A stretch of DNA of 64,000 nt. It comes from Lachnospiraceae bacterium. Its GTDB lineage: Bacteria; Bacillota; Clostridia; Lachnospirales; Lachnospiraceae. The notes beneath the pieces were generated by a model. The model did not search any database. It was not told the origin of the DNA and worked only from the letters and a program-made list of their open reading frames with translations. This document shows positions 48,378-57,732 of this stretch, piece after piece. Each line of letters starts with the position of its first letter. Position 1 is the stretch's first letter. Where the stretch lies: positions 9,743 through 73,742 of the forward strand of contig JAGBLN010000034.1 in the NCBI GenBank assembly GCA_017635395.1. Direction: 5' to 3'. Made by a program: the position numbers and the translations under genes.

Positions 48378-49754
48378 ATGAAAAAGAAAGTGGTTTCGGC
48401 AATTATCTGTGCGGCAGCCGTGGCGGCAGTTGTATCAGGCTGTGGATATCACAATGGCGGTATTAACTTTGACGCGAATGCCAACGTGAATGTGAACGGA
48501 AATGAGATAATCAATACCCATGACGGTAATCCTACACCTACTCCTACGGCGGCAACTAACGGCGGTAACGGAGCTGAAGAGACTGATCTTGATGAGGAAA
48601 AAGCAGAGGAAGCTTATAACGAATTCCTTAATAACGGAAGAAAGGTAAAAACATCCAAAGCGTATAAAGAAGATGATGCTGACGGAAATTATGACGGGCT
48701 TCTGTATGGTGAATACAGTGTAGATGAACTGCGCGAGGCTTATGAAAATCTTGAGGGCATTGGAAACACTGTAAAGTACGTGATAATGGATCTTGGGGAT
48801 GACGGAACTAATGAACTGGTTCTCTACTTTGATGCTGACAACCACGGCTATTTTTCCTATATGTGCTATATCTATTATGACAGGGGCGAACTGATCCTGG
48901 GTTCACAGACAGCTGACGGAAACAGAAGCTATGGAAAGCTCTATGACACTGGCTATCTTGAGCGAGGCACTGCTATGGGCGGACTTGGATCATATGCTAT
49001 CTACAGCATATCTTCCGAGGGCGAGAACGAGATGGTAATGTCGGTCAACTCCTACAGCGGTTTCCAGGCCGCGAATGTGGCATACTATCTTGATGTGGAA
49101 GATCAGGAGGCGCTGTTTACGGAATTTGATAGTTTAATAAGCGATGCAAATGAATTCTACATATATGTTTATACCGATAATGGTGAAGTATATGTAAGCG
49201 TTGAGGAACTGGATACTACCGAATCAAAAAAGGCGTCAGAAGAAGAATTTATAAAGGCGCTGGAAGATAACGGCGTTCATGTGATCTCAAGCATGGAGAT
49301 GCAGGAAATGACAGATACTTCCAAGTACAGAACAAAGGAAGTAAACTGGAAGATACTGTATGAATCAGAATCGGCAGGCAGTGATGCTGGGACCGGAGAT
49401 TCCGATTATTCGGCTATAGTGGGCGAATGGGTGCTTTACTATATTGAGGAAGAAGGCACAGGTCTTTATGCATATGAGACGGAGCTGTATGAGTATTACC
49501 GCTTTTATGACGATATGACTGCGGATTATATGGAAGTGCTGGATGGCAATGTAGTGGAAGAGGTATCCGGACTTGAGGTGACAATAAGCGAGGATGGAGG
49601 ATACGAGATAGACTACAAGAATTCACAGGGCAGACAGTTAGTAAATATAAGCGGATTTAACGAGGATGGCTACCTGGAGGTAACCAGGACATCATGGGAG
49701 GAAAATATGCCCTGGGGGTATTACGCACTCTTTAGTCCTATGGAAGGAAACTAA
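48378..49754 (+). CDS. Acidic lipoprotein of unknown function
   Basis: MKKK...VVSGC lipobox at ATG 48378, PTPTPT linker, DLGDDGTNEL loop, C-terminal IVGEW. Confidence 0.75.
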   Translation: MKKKVVSAIICAAAVAAVVSGCGYHNGGINFDANANVNVNGNEIINTHDGNPTPTPTAATNGGNGAEETDLDEEKAEEAYNEFLNNGRKVKTSKAYKEDDADGNYDGLLYGEYSVDELREAYENLEGIGNTVKYVIMDLGDDGTNELVLYFDADNHGYFSYMCYIYYDRGELILGSQTADGNRSYGKLYDTGYLERGTAMGGLGSYAIYSISSEGENEMVMSVNSYSGFQAANVAYYLDVEDQEALFTEFDSLISDANEFYIYVYTDNGEVYVSVEELDTTESKKASEEEFIKALEDNGVHVISSMEMQEMTDTSKYRTKEVNWKILYESESAGSDAGTGDSDYSAIVGEWVLYYIEEEGTGLYAYETELYEYYRFYDDMTADYMEVLDGNVVEEVSGLEVTISEDGGYEIDYKNSQGRQLVNISGFNEDGYLEVTRTSWEENMPWGYYALFSPMEGN

Positions 49755-49823
49755 GTAACATTAAATAACTTGTGCATGGTGCGAAGTTATTAAATATAAA
49801 TGCAAAAACAGGAGGGAAAAGTA

Positions 49824-50447
49824 ATGGGATTATTTGATTCATTTGCCAGCCAGGCAGGAAACATGATCAAAAATGAGGTAAGAAAGACAGGAAGCGAATT
49901 TGTCAACAATGCATCAAGTGCGGTACAGAACGGTCTTGCAAACGCAGGCAACAGGTCGGAACAGTTCACATTTCCGAATCTGCCTACAGATGTTGCAAGC
50001 CTTATGGCTCTTCCGGAAGCAACTCTGGACAGCCCCTTTAAGACAGCAGCACTTACGCTTGTAGCTCTTCTTCAGTATGAGAACAATCCGGAAACATGTT
50101 TCGCCATGATAGATGCACTCAGGGGACCGGATCCCATGACAGCTATGGGTAGGAGTTTCATAAAGGACAGGATGGAAGGCAAGGCTTATAAAGCAAGATC
50201 TTTCTTTGCAGGCGCTACTGTAGCTAACAACTACACGCCTACTGCTCCTTATACAATAACAGTAAGCAGCAATCCTTATTCATATCCCGATCCTAACTGG
50301 GCTACACTCTTTGTACAGAGTGCAGGTGCTGATTCGCTGAGACAGATCAAGATGAGGCTTAAGCCCTCTACAGGCCAGTGGTTCCTGAATGATATTCAGT
50401 GCCTGAGCGATATCCGTACTCCGGCAGCTGATGATCCCTGGGCTTAA
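49824..50447 (+). CDS. Conserved hypothetical protein (DUF6935-like)
   Basis: LRGPDP, FIKDR, SFFAGAT, SAGADSLR, QWFL; family recalled, not searched; RBS GGAGGG. Confidence 0.6.
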   Translation: MGLFDSFASQAGNMIKNEVRKTGSEFVNNASSAVQNGLANAGNRSEQFTFPNLPTDVASLMALPEATLDSPFKTAALTLVALLQYENNPETCFAMIDALRGPDPMTAMGRSFIKDRMEGKAYKARSFFAGATVANNYTPTAPYTITVSSNPYSYPDPNWATLFVQSAGADSLRQIKMRLKPSTGQWFLNDIQCLSDIRTPAADDPWA

Positions 50448-50481
50448 GAAGTGAATATTTTTAAATGAATATGGTTTAATG

Positions 50482-50510
50482 AATTGCCCGTGGGAGACCG
50501 TGGGCAATTT
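50482..50510 (+). terminator. Rho-independent terminator
   Basis: AATTGCCCGTGG-GAGA-CCGTGGGCAATT. Confidence 0.7.
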
Positions 50511-50621
50511 ATATATTTATAAGATTCATATATGCAGTGATATTCATTTGACCAAGCTTTCTTTCGGATTTTTAGTGCAACTTCCTTCTGTCATAAATTT
50601 TTAAATCTAATATGAAATGGC

Positions 50622-50682
50622 TTGACATATATTAATCCGGTGGTATACTACACTTAAACATATGAATAACTGTTCATGTGTT
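50622..50682 (+). promoter_or_regulatory. Promoter plus SmtB/ArsR 12-2-12 operator
   Basis: TTGACA-N16-TATACT with extended TG; AACATATGAATA-AC-TGTTCATGTGTT at 50657-50682. Confidence 0.85.
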
Positions 50683-50739
50683 CAGAGAACAAATAAATTA
50701 CAGGTAGGGCATTGTGGGAGTGTCCGGGAAGGAAAAGAG

Positions 50740-50958
50740 ATGAAGAAGACATACAAGATTGAAGTGGACTGTGCTAACTGTGCAAACAAGATGGAGGATG
50801 CAGCCAAGAAGACCGCAGGCGTAAAGGATGCTACTGTGAATTTCATGGCACTCAAGATGAGCGTGGAATTTGAGGACGGTGCAGACGTTAAGGCTGTTAT
50901 GCAGGATGTTCTTAAGAACTGCAAGAAGGTAGAGGACGACTGCGAGATTTATTTGTAA
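50740..50958 (+). CDS. Heavy-metal-associated (HMA) domain protein
   Basis: VDCANCA (CxxC); start ATG 50740. Confidence 0.88.
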   Translation: MKKTYKIEVDCANCANKMEDAAKKTAGVKDATVNFMALKMSVEFEDGADVKAVMQDVLKNCKKVEDDCEIYL

Positions 50959-50980
50959 AGTAAGAACGGAGTAAAGGGAT

Positions 50981-52963
50981 ATGAATAAAAAACAGAAAAT
51001 AATGCTCATACGCATAATCATTACAGCAGTACTTCTGGTAGTCCTGCATTTCCTGTACCGTTTTCTCGGCACAGAGAATCTGGCTGAAGACGGTACAGTG
51101 ATAAAGGAAAGCATAGTGCGTGAGCCTTTCTGGTTTATTCTTTATCTCATTCCCTATATAGTTATCGGTTTCGATATCCTGAAAAAAGCCGGCAAGGGAA
51201 TACTTAACCGTCAAGTGTTCGATGAAAATTTCCTTATGGCTATAGCGACCCTGGGGGCATTTGCCATTGCATTGGTTGATAAGAGCAGCGACTATACTGA
51301 GGCGGTAGCAGTAATGCTTTTTTACCAGGTAGGAGAGCTGTTCCAGGGATATGCAGTAGGAAAAAGCAGACGGAATATCAGTAATCTTATGGATATAAGA
51401 CCTGATGTGGCTCACATTGAGCGTGACGGCGAGCTGGAAACAGTTGATCCGGATGAAGTGGAAGAGGGCAGTCTTATAGTGGTTCAGCCCGGAGAACGTG
51501 TCCCACTGGACGGTGTCATCAAGGATGGACGCAGCACCCTTAATACATCAGCACTTACCGGTGAGAGCATACCAAGGTCAGTGGAGACAGGTGATGAAGT
51601 CATAAGCGGATGCATCAATATGAGTGGTGTATTAAAGGTTCGTACCACCAAGTGTTTTGAAGAGTCAACTGTTTCGAGAATACTTGAGCTTGTGGAGGAT
51701 TCCACATCCAGGAAATCAAAATCAGAGGCATTTATATCAAGATTCGCAAAGGTTTATACACCGGCAGTATGTATATCGGCTCTTGCTCTTGCCCTTATTC
51801 CGCCGGGGGCAAGGTTAGTAATGCAGATTGATCCACTGTGGAGTGTGTGGATATACAGGGCGCTCACGTTCCTTGTAATAAGCTGTCCCTGTGCATTGGT
51901 TATCAGCATTCCCTTAAGTTTCTTTGCAGGTATAGGCGGAGCAAGCCATGAGGGAATACTTATAAAAGGTTCGAACTATCTTGAAGCACTTTCTAAGACT
52001 AAGATCGTGGCATTCGATAAAACCGGAACAATGACAAAGGGTGTGTTTGAAGTTGATTCCATACACCATTCAAGCATATCGGATGAAAAGCTGCTGTTTT
52101 ACGCAGCACATGCGGAATGTGCATCTTCACATCCTATAGCAAAGAGCATAATCAGTGCTTATGTTTCAGGCTGGGGAAGTGAGGAGAGTGATAAGGAATC
52201 AGCTGTAAGAAATATTGACAGAAGCCTTGTGCGTAATATTGAAGAGATAGGCGGCAACGGTGTGGTTGCAGATGTGGAAGGCGTACACATTGCCATCGGA
52301 AACGGAAAGCTTATGGACCGTGAGGGCATTCCGTATAAAGATTGTCATAAGCCGGGAACTATCGTTCATGTAGCGTTGGACGGTTCCTATGCAGGACACC
52401 TTGTTATAGCGGATGTGGTTAAGCCAACGGCTGTTAAGGCTGTAACAGAATTGCATAGTTCCGGTGTGGAAAGAACGGTTATGCTCACGGGTGACGGAAA
52501 GAAGGTTGGTGAACATGTTGCATCCGAGCTTGGCATAAAGGAAGTAAGGTGTGAACTGCTTCCTGCGGATAAAGTGCACGAAGTTGAGAAGCTTCTTTCT
52601 GAGAAGGGTAAGAATGAAGTGCTTGCCTTTGTGGGAGACGGTATAAATGACGCTCCGGTGCTGACTGAGGCTGATGTAGGAATTGCCATGGGTGCAATGG
52701 GATCTGATGCAGCAATTGAGGCTGCGGATATAGTTCTTATGGATGACGATCCGCTTAAGATTGCAAAGGCAATTCGCATATCAAGAAAGTGCATGCGTAT
52801 CGTATACGAAAATATCTACTTTGCAATCGGCATAAAGCTTTTATGCCTGCTGGCAGGTGCCTTCGGAATGGCAAACATGTGGCTGGCTATTTTTGCGGAT
52901 GTCGGTGTTATGATAATAGCAGTACTTAATGCCATCCGTGCTTTATGGGTGAAAAAACTGTAG
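50981..52963 (+). CDS. cadA: Zn/Cd-translocating P1B-type ATPase
   Basis: LTGES, SCPCALVIS, FDKTGT, SSHPIA, GDGINDAP, FADVG. Confidence 0.9.
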   Translation: MNKKQKIMLIRIIITAVLLVVLHFLYRFLGTENLAEDGTVIKESIVREPFWFILYLIPYIVIGFDILKKAGKGILNRQVFDENFLMAIATLGAFAIALVDKSSDYTEAVAVMLFYQVGELFQGYAVGKSRRNISNLMDIRPDVAHIERDGELETVDPDEVEEGSLIVVQPGERVPLDGVIKDGRSTLNTSALTGESIPRSVETGDEVISGCINMSGVLKVRTTKCFEESTVSRILELVEDSTSRKSKSEAFISRFAKVYTPAVCISALALALIPPGARLVMQIDPLWSVWIYRALTFLVISCPCALVISIPLSFFAGIGGASHEGILIKGSNYLEALSKTKIVAFDKTGTMTKGVFEVDSIHHSSISDEKLLFYAAHAECASSHPIAKSIISAYVSGWGSEESDKESAVRNIDRSLVRNIEEIGGNGVVADVEGVHIAIGNGKLMDREGIPYKDCHKPGTIVHVALDGSYAGHLVIADVVKPTAVKAVTELHSSGVERTVMLTGDGKKVGEHVASELGIKEVRCELLPADKVHEVEKLLSEKGKNEVLAFVGDGINDAPVLTEADVGIAMGAMGSDAAIEAADIVLMDDDPLKIAKAIRISRKCMRIVYENIYFAIGIKLLCLLAGAFGMANMWLAIFADVGVMIIAVLNAIRALWVKKL

Positions 52964-53093
52964 GATATGATTTACGCGCAGAGTACTAAACACCCGGATA
53001 AAAATGATTTTTTAAGAGTTAAAGTATTATAAATGTAACAGACGGTGTAAAATATAAAGTGTATTCCATAGCATTAGATGTGAGGAGGATACT

Positions 53094-53408
53094 ATGCCAG
53101 CAAAAAAGAAAACATCAGTACCGCCGGAAACAGAGCTGTATGATCTGGCAGAACTATTTAAGATATTCGGTGATTCCACAAGGATAAGAATACTGTTTGT
53201 CCTTTTCGATACAGAGGTATGTGTATGTGATATCGCAGAGGCGCTGAATATGACACAGTCGGCAGTATCCCATCAGCTTCGCATACTTAAGGCAAACAGA
53301 CTTATCAAGGGAAGACGCGAAGGAAAGCAGATATTCTATTCGCTGGCGGATGAGCATGTGCATTCAATAATTGCAGCCGGCCTTGAGCATATTGAAGAGG
53401 ATGACTGA
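53094..53408 (+). CDS. ArsR/SmtB metal-sensing repressor
   Basis: FKIFGDSTRIRIL, CVCD, SAVSHQLRIL, alpha5 site DEH...EH. Confidence 0.92.
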   Translation: MPAKKKTSVPPETELYDLAELFKIFGDSTRIRILFVLFDTEVCVCDIAEALNMTQSAVSHQLRILKANRLIKGRREGKQIFYSLADEHVHSIIAAGLEHIEEDD

Positions 53409-54292
53409 TGAATAAATACGATTCTCTTGATGATGCTGTATCGGCAGTATTCGGAGATGATATAAGAATAATTGGGAAGACAGCATGTGCCGGGGGAGAT
53501 ATCAACCGTGCATATGCTGTTACACTTTCTGACGGACGGAACGCTTTTCTGAAAGAGAACAGTGCGGATAATCTGGACTTTTTCGAAAAAGAAATTACGG
53601 GACTTGATGCGTTAAGGAAAACAGGAGCATTTAGTGTTCCCGAGGTGTTGGCCTACGGCACGGATGGAGTAAATTCATTCCTGCTTATGGAACAGATCCT
53701 GCCGGGAAAACGGATACAGGGATACTATTCGGATTTTGGAAGAAGGCTGTCAATCATGCATAAGGCTGACTGTTCTGAATTTGTGAAGGACGGAAAGTTT
53801 GGATTCCTGCAGGATAATTATATCGGTGCCGGCTATCAGTACAATACACCGGAGGAAAGCTGGATTGAATTCTTCCGTGAGCACAGGCTGCTTCCGCAGA
53901 TCAAAAGGGCTGAGAGGTACTTTGATCCATTGATGCTCAGAAAAATTGACCACCTGCTGGAACGACTGGATTTTATTCTGATAGAACCTGACAAGCCTGC
54001 ACTGCTGCATGGAGATCTTTGGTCAGGCAATCAGATGCCGGGACCTGATGGAAGAGTGTGGCTGATCGATCCTGCTGTATATGTGGGGCATCCGGAGGCT
54101 GATATTGCTATGACGGAACTCTTCGATTATCTGCCTGAAGAATTTTATGACGGTTATTTTGGTGGCGCTAATCGGCCGTACGGCTACAAGGACCGAAAGA
54201 ATCTCTATAATCTCTATCACTGGCTGAACCACCTGAACCTGTTCGGCTCAGGCTATCTTGGATTTGTGGTTTCAGTTGTCAACTTTTTTTAA
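53408..54292 (+). CDS. Fructosamine/ketosamine-3-kinase family protein
   Basis: GGDIN, FGFLQDNYIG, LLHGDLWSGN, IDPAVYVGHPEADIA. Confidence 0.9.
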   Translation: MNKYDSLDDAVSAVFGDDIRIIGKTACAGGDINRAYAVTLSDGRNAFLKENSADNLDFFEKEITGLDALRKTGAFSVPEVLAYGTDGVNSFLLMEQILPGKRIQGYYSDFGRRLSIMHKADCSEFVKDGKFGFLQDNYIGAGYQYNTPEESWIEFFREHRLLPQIKRAERYFDPLMLRKIDHLLERLDFILIEPDKPALLHGDLWSGNQMPGPDGRVWLIDPAVYVGHPEADIAMTELFDYLPEEFYDGYFGGANRPYGYKDRKNLYNLYHWLNHLNLFGSGYLGFVVSVVNFF

Positions 54293-54447
54293 GATATCCC
54301 ATAAAAAATAGTTTTTCATTCGTATTCCTTATGTATTAGGAATCCGGAAAGAGTTTATGGGAAAATAACCGGAAACCGTCAATTACAGCAGAACCGACTA
54401 TTGCTTCGGAAACAGAACAGGAAAATAATCCGGTTATAGGAGATATC

Positions 54448-55086
54448 GTGACCGAGGATGTGGAGAGCGTCTCTGTACGCTTTTATATCGGATACAATAT
54501 AGCTTCCGGTGATGTGATAAGCGATGTGATTCCAAGCAATACAATGGAGGTTAACGGAGAAGATCTGGCAAAACTGTCGGAAATCCTGACGGAGTTGTCC
54601 AAGATCACGGCAGATTCGGATTCGGAAGAGTATGGCCATATCATTTATGACCATATTATGGATTATTATGAACTGACTATAAATGATGATCAGGTACTTT
54701 GTATTGGTGACGAGTATGGTGTTGACATTTCTTCCGGAGAGGTATTCGCTGTGCCGGAAGAATTATTCGATACCGTAGAGAGTCTTGTCGAAGACTACAG
54801 TAGGAACAACATCTACAAGTCATTGGGTGCGGAACAGGTTACGGTTACCAATATGGATGGAAAAGAGATAGAGATTACCGATCCGGATCAGCTTGAAATG
54901 CTGAAGTCATACGAGTACTACGTGATAAACGCTGATGCTGAGACATTTGAAGAGGAAAAGATTGCTTATGTTATGGATCTCCACAACGGAGATACGCTGG
55001 AAGTACATTATGCCGGTGTGACCGCAAAGCTTAACCATGCAGGTGGAACCTTTGAGTATGTGCATATTCAGGGAATGGAAGATTAG
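54448..55086 (+). CDS. Acidic hypothetical protein, possibly 5'-truncated
   Basis: Frame is open from 54340 through a P/T/E-rich linker with no upstream ATG or signal peptide; GTG start with AGGAG. Confidence 0.45.
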   Translation: MTEDVESVSVRFYIGYNIASGDVISDVIPSNTMEVNGEDLAKLSEILTELSKITADSDSEEYGHIIYDHIMDYYELTINDDQVLCIGDEYGVDISSGEVFAVPEELFDTVESLVEDYSRNNIYKSLGAEQVTVTNMDGKEIEITDPDQLEMLKSYEYYVINADAETFEEEKIAYVMDLHNGDTLEVHYAGVTAKLNHAGGTFEYVHIQGMED

Positions 55087-55186
55087 GCTAGGCGTTTTAG
55101 AAAGTAGATACACAAAGACATATATAGAAAGAAAAAATACGAACAAGAGTAAATTCGGATATATGGTTATTATTCGAATTGTCGTA

Positions 55187-55215
55187 TTGACATATCATTT
55201 TCTCAGATATATATT
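55187..55215 (+). promoter_or_regulatory. Sigma-A promoter of the Rpn gene
   Basis: TTGACA-N17-TATATT. Confidence 0.6.
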
Positions 55216-55355
55216 ATCTTCTGTATTATAAATTCTGTGATTTCTTTTTTCATGACTATTCAGTCGAGACTCACAGGTGACAAGATTAGGTGGAGACGGC
55301 TGTTGGCGTTCTATATTTTTGTCGTGGTCGTTCCTGCCGGAATGGAGGATTTATC

Positions 55356-56345
55356 ATGGCAATGAAGAAATGGGAAGAACTGGATGTCCTGGACAACTAT
55401 CTGATCAATGCGGTGGCATCTGATCCGGAGGTAGCAGAGCCGTTTTTCAGACGGTTATTATCCGTGCTGCTTCAGAGAAAGGTTGGGAAGATCAAGGTTG
55501 AAGCTGAAAAGTTTATTCCGGGGACAACATCTGAAAAGCGTGGCATACGCTTGGATGTGGAGGTGGATGAGTACTTATCGGAGGGTATTGGTGAGCCTAC
55601 GGTTGCAAATGTCTATGATTTAGAGCCGCATCTGCAGGATGGTGCAAATTTTCCGAAACTTATGAGATTCAGGCAGGCAAAAATGGACAGCAGGCATATG
55701 AATAGGGGCGATTCAGACTTTGATCATATGCCGGATCTGTATGTAATAATGATAACGAACTTTGATGTGTTTGATAGGGATTACATGATATATACTTTCA
55801 AACAGACCTGTAAGGAAGAACCGGATATAATTTATGATGATGGGCTGACAGTACTCTATTTCAATGCGAACGGTACTAAGGGCGGTAGCAGGGATATAGA
55901 AAACATGTTAAAATATCTTCAGGACAGCAGGAATGTGATGGCTGTGGATGAAGCTACGAAGGAGCTTGACGGATATGTAGAAAGCGTGAAAAACAACGCA
56001 ACGCTAAAAGGAGACTATATGGATTTTGGTTACTTAATAGATCAATATGTCAAGAGCGAGGTTAAGTCCGAGGTAGAGCGCGAAGTTAATATTAGGCTGG
56101 AGCGTGAAGTTAACATTAGGCTGGAGCATGAAGTAAAGTCCCGGGTTGAACGAGAAAGAGAAGAAACGACTAAGGATACACTACACTATGCTATACTGGA
56201 TCTGTTGAATGATAAAGGTACCGTCCCGGAAGATCTGCAGATTAAGCTTAACGAGGTGACTGATCCGGAACGGCTTCGCTCTTTGCATTTATTAGCGTCC
56301 CGGTCACAGAGTGTTGAAGAATTTGCACAGAAAATAGACGAATAA
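55356..56345 (+). CDS. Rpn-family PD-(D/E)XK nuclease (putative transposase / recombination-promoting nuclease)
   Basis: RGIRLDV, YDLEPH, YVIMITNFDVF, YFNANG pattern; RBS GGAGG before ATG 55356. Confidence 0.75.
   Translation: MAMKKWEELDVLDNYLINAVASDPEVAEPFFRRLLSVLLQRKVGKIKVEAEKFIPGTTSEKRGIRLDVEVDEYLSEGIGEPTVANVYDLEPHLQDGANFPKLMRFRQAKMDSRHMNRGDSDFDHMPDLYVIMITNFDVFDRDYMIYTFKQTCKEEPDIIYDDGLTVLYFNANGTKGGSRDIENMLKYLQDSRNVMAVDEATKELDGYVESVKNNATLKGDYMDFGYLIDQYVKSEVKSEVEREVNIRLEREVNIRLEHEVKSRVEREREETTKDTLHYAILDLLNDKGTVPEDLQIKLNEVTDPERLRSLHLLASRSQSVEEFAQKIDE
56019..56345 (+). CDS. Putative intragenic small protein (RpnS-like antitoxin), 108 aa
   Basis: AAAAGGAG-ACTAT-ATG in frame inside the Rpn gene, just before the repetitive C-terminal region. 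Confidence 0.6.
   Translation: MDFGYLIDQYVKSEVKSEVEREVNIRLEREVNIRLEHEVKSRVEREREETTKDTLHYAILDLLNDKGTVPEDLQIKLNEVTDPERLRSLHLLASRSQSVEEFAQKIDE
56076..56134 (+). repeat. 24-bp tandem coding repeat (~2.5 copies, EREVNIRL)
   Basis: gagcgcgaagttaatattaggctg / gagcgtgaagttaacattaggctg / gagcatgaagt. Confidence 0.85.
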
Positions 56346-56356
56346 AAGAGTTTATA

Positions 56357-56392
56357 AGGGGCTGTCGCAAAACTTAAAGCGGCAGCCTCTTT
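56357..56392 (+). terminator. Hairpin/terminator after the Rpn gene
   Basis: AGGGGCTGTCGC/GCGGCAGCCTCT stem followed by TT. Confidence 0.6.
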
Positions 56393-56424
56393 ACACAAAG
56401 ATACTGCATTCACGAGGAACTGAA

Positions 56425-56982
56425 ATGAGCAGGATAGCAGTTATAGATACAGAAACCACTTGGGGCAATGTTGTAATGTCCATCGGTGTGGTGATAGCGG
56501 ATAGCAGTGATTACGCCCCGCTTGATACCGGATATTTTGTATTGGATCCGGAGTATAGAGAGGGAGGCCTGTTTTCGCACGAGCTTTTTTTGATACCGGA
56601 AAAAGATACAACGGTTACATCAAGGAAAGACGCACTGGGGAAGATTGACGGATGGTTCAAGTCTGAGGGCGTAACACATATTTATGCCTATAATGCATCT
56701 TTTGATAAAAGCCATCTCAGGGAGTTTTCATCATTTGCTTGGTATGACATAATGAGGCTTGCAGCATACAAGCAGTATAATTCGTTTATTCCGGATGATG
56801 CTGTCTGCTGTAAAACTGGAAGGCTTAAAAGAGATTACGGTGTGGAGCCAATGACACGGCTTATATCAGGAAACAGGCGGTACTGTGAGATGCACAATGC
56901 ACTTCAGGATGCCATAGATGAATTAGACATTATGCGGATGCTGGGCCTGCCGGTTGAGGCATATGAAATTGGGCGAATATAG
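56425..56982 (+). CDS. DEDDh 3'-5' exonuclease family protein
   Basis: VIDTET (ExoI), AYNASFD (ExoII), HNALQD (ExoIII). Confidence 0.8.
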   Translation: MSRIAVIDTETTWGNVVMSIGVVIADSSDYAPLDTGYFVLDPEYREGGLFSHELFLIPEKDTTVTSRKDALGKIDGWFKSEGVTHIYAYNASFDKSHLREFSSFAWYDIMRLAAYKQYNSFIPDDAVCCKTGRLKRDYGVEPMTRLISGNRRYCEMHNALQDAIDELDIMRMLGLPVEAYEIGRI

Positions 56983-56997
56983 TAGTACGGAGGCTTT

Positions 56998-57231
56998 ATG
57001 AGCATATTAATAAAAGATACCACAAGGGAAGAACGTGAGCGTATAGTTGCTGAGTCCATCGGCAATGTCAATGGTTCCTGTGACGGCTGTGCAAGTGGCC
57101 TTGCGGAAATGTACCAGGACTACATAGACGGTAAGCGTGAAATAAGCGAGATAAATATGTCGTTCAGGGCTCATTACGAATCAGGGGAAGAGGCACCGGC
57201 GAGGTCTGGGTGCGGATATTTTGGTCAGTAG
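56998..57231 (+). CDS. Small Cys-containing hypothetical protein (77 aa)
   Basis: RBS GGAGG; IKDTTREERERIV...SCDGC...MYQDYIDGKREI...SGCG. Confidence 0.7.
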   Translation: MSILIKDTTREERERIVAESIGNVNGSCDGCASGLAEMYQDYIDGKREISEINMSFRAHYESGEEAPARSGCGYFGQ

Positions 57232-57257
57232 TAATAAATAATGAGGAGGAAATGGAA

Positions 57258-57710
57258 ATGAAATTAGCAACAGCTTTATCGGAGAGGGCTGACCTTCAGA
57301 AGAGAATAGCTGATCTTGGAAACAGGCTTAAGTTCAACGCAAAGGTTCAGGAAGGAGAGACCCCTTCAGAAGATCCAAATGAACTATTAGCTGAACTTAA
57401 TAAGGATTTTGTAAGGTTAGAGGAGCTTATCGCCCGTATCAATCATACAAACAATGTGACAAAGAGCGGTGATGTCACATTGACAGACCTTATTGCAAAG
57501 AGGGACTGTCTGAGTGAGAAGATCAGGATCATGAGAATCTTTCTGGACAGCGCCAGTGAGAAGGTCACAAGATACACTAAGACAGAGATCAAGATTAAGA
57601 GTACTATTCCTGTTGCTGAACTTCAGAAGGAAGTCGACAGGCTTTCCAAGGAATTACGCGAGACAGATGAAACTATTCAGGGGCTTAACTGGACAACTGA
57701 ACTGATCTGA
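57258..57710 (+). CDS. DIP1984-family (DUF6847-like) helical coiled-coil protein
   Basis: MKLATALSERADLQ, NAKVQEGETPSEDP, RINHTN, LIAKRD, IQGLNWTTELI; RBS GAGGAGG 8 nt before ATG 57258; family recalled, not searched. Confidence 0.8.
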   Translation: MKLATALSERADLQKRIADLGNRLKFNAKVQEGETPSEDPNELLAELNKDFVRLEELIARINHTNNVTKSGDVTLTDLIAKRDCLSEKIRIMRIFLDSASEKVTRYTKTEIKIKSTIPVAELQKEVDRLSKELRETDETIQGLNWTTELI

Positions 57711-57732
57711 TTATGTTTTGATTTTGTTGGTA

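Noticed and set aside
50662-50739. N-terminal extension of the HMA ORF
   Set aside because: That ATG lies inside the SmtB operator; the likely start is 50740
55356-56392. Rpn gene as an IS element
   Set aside because: No flanking inverted repeats or target duplication found; the downstream GGCTGTCGC hairpin is adequately explained as a terminator
57210-57257. Longer GTG start for the DIP1984-like ORF
   Set aside because: Overlaps the previous gene; GAGGAGG and the MKLA N-terminus point to ATG 57258
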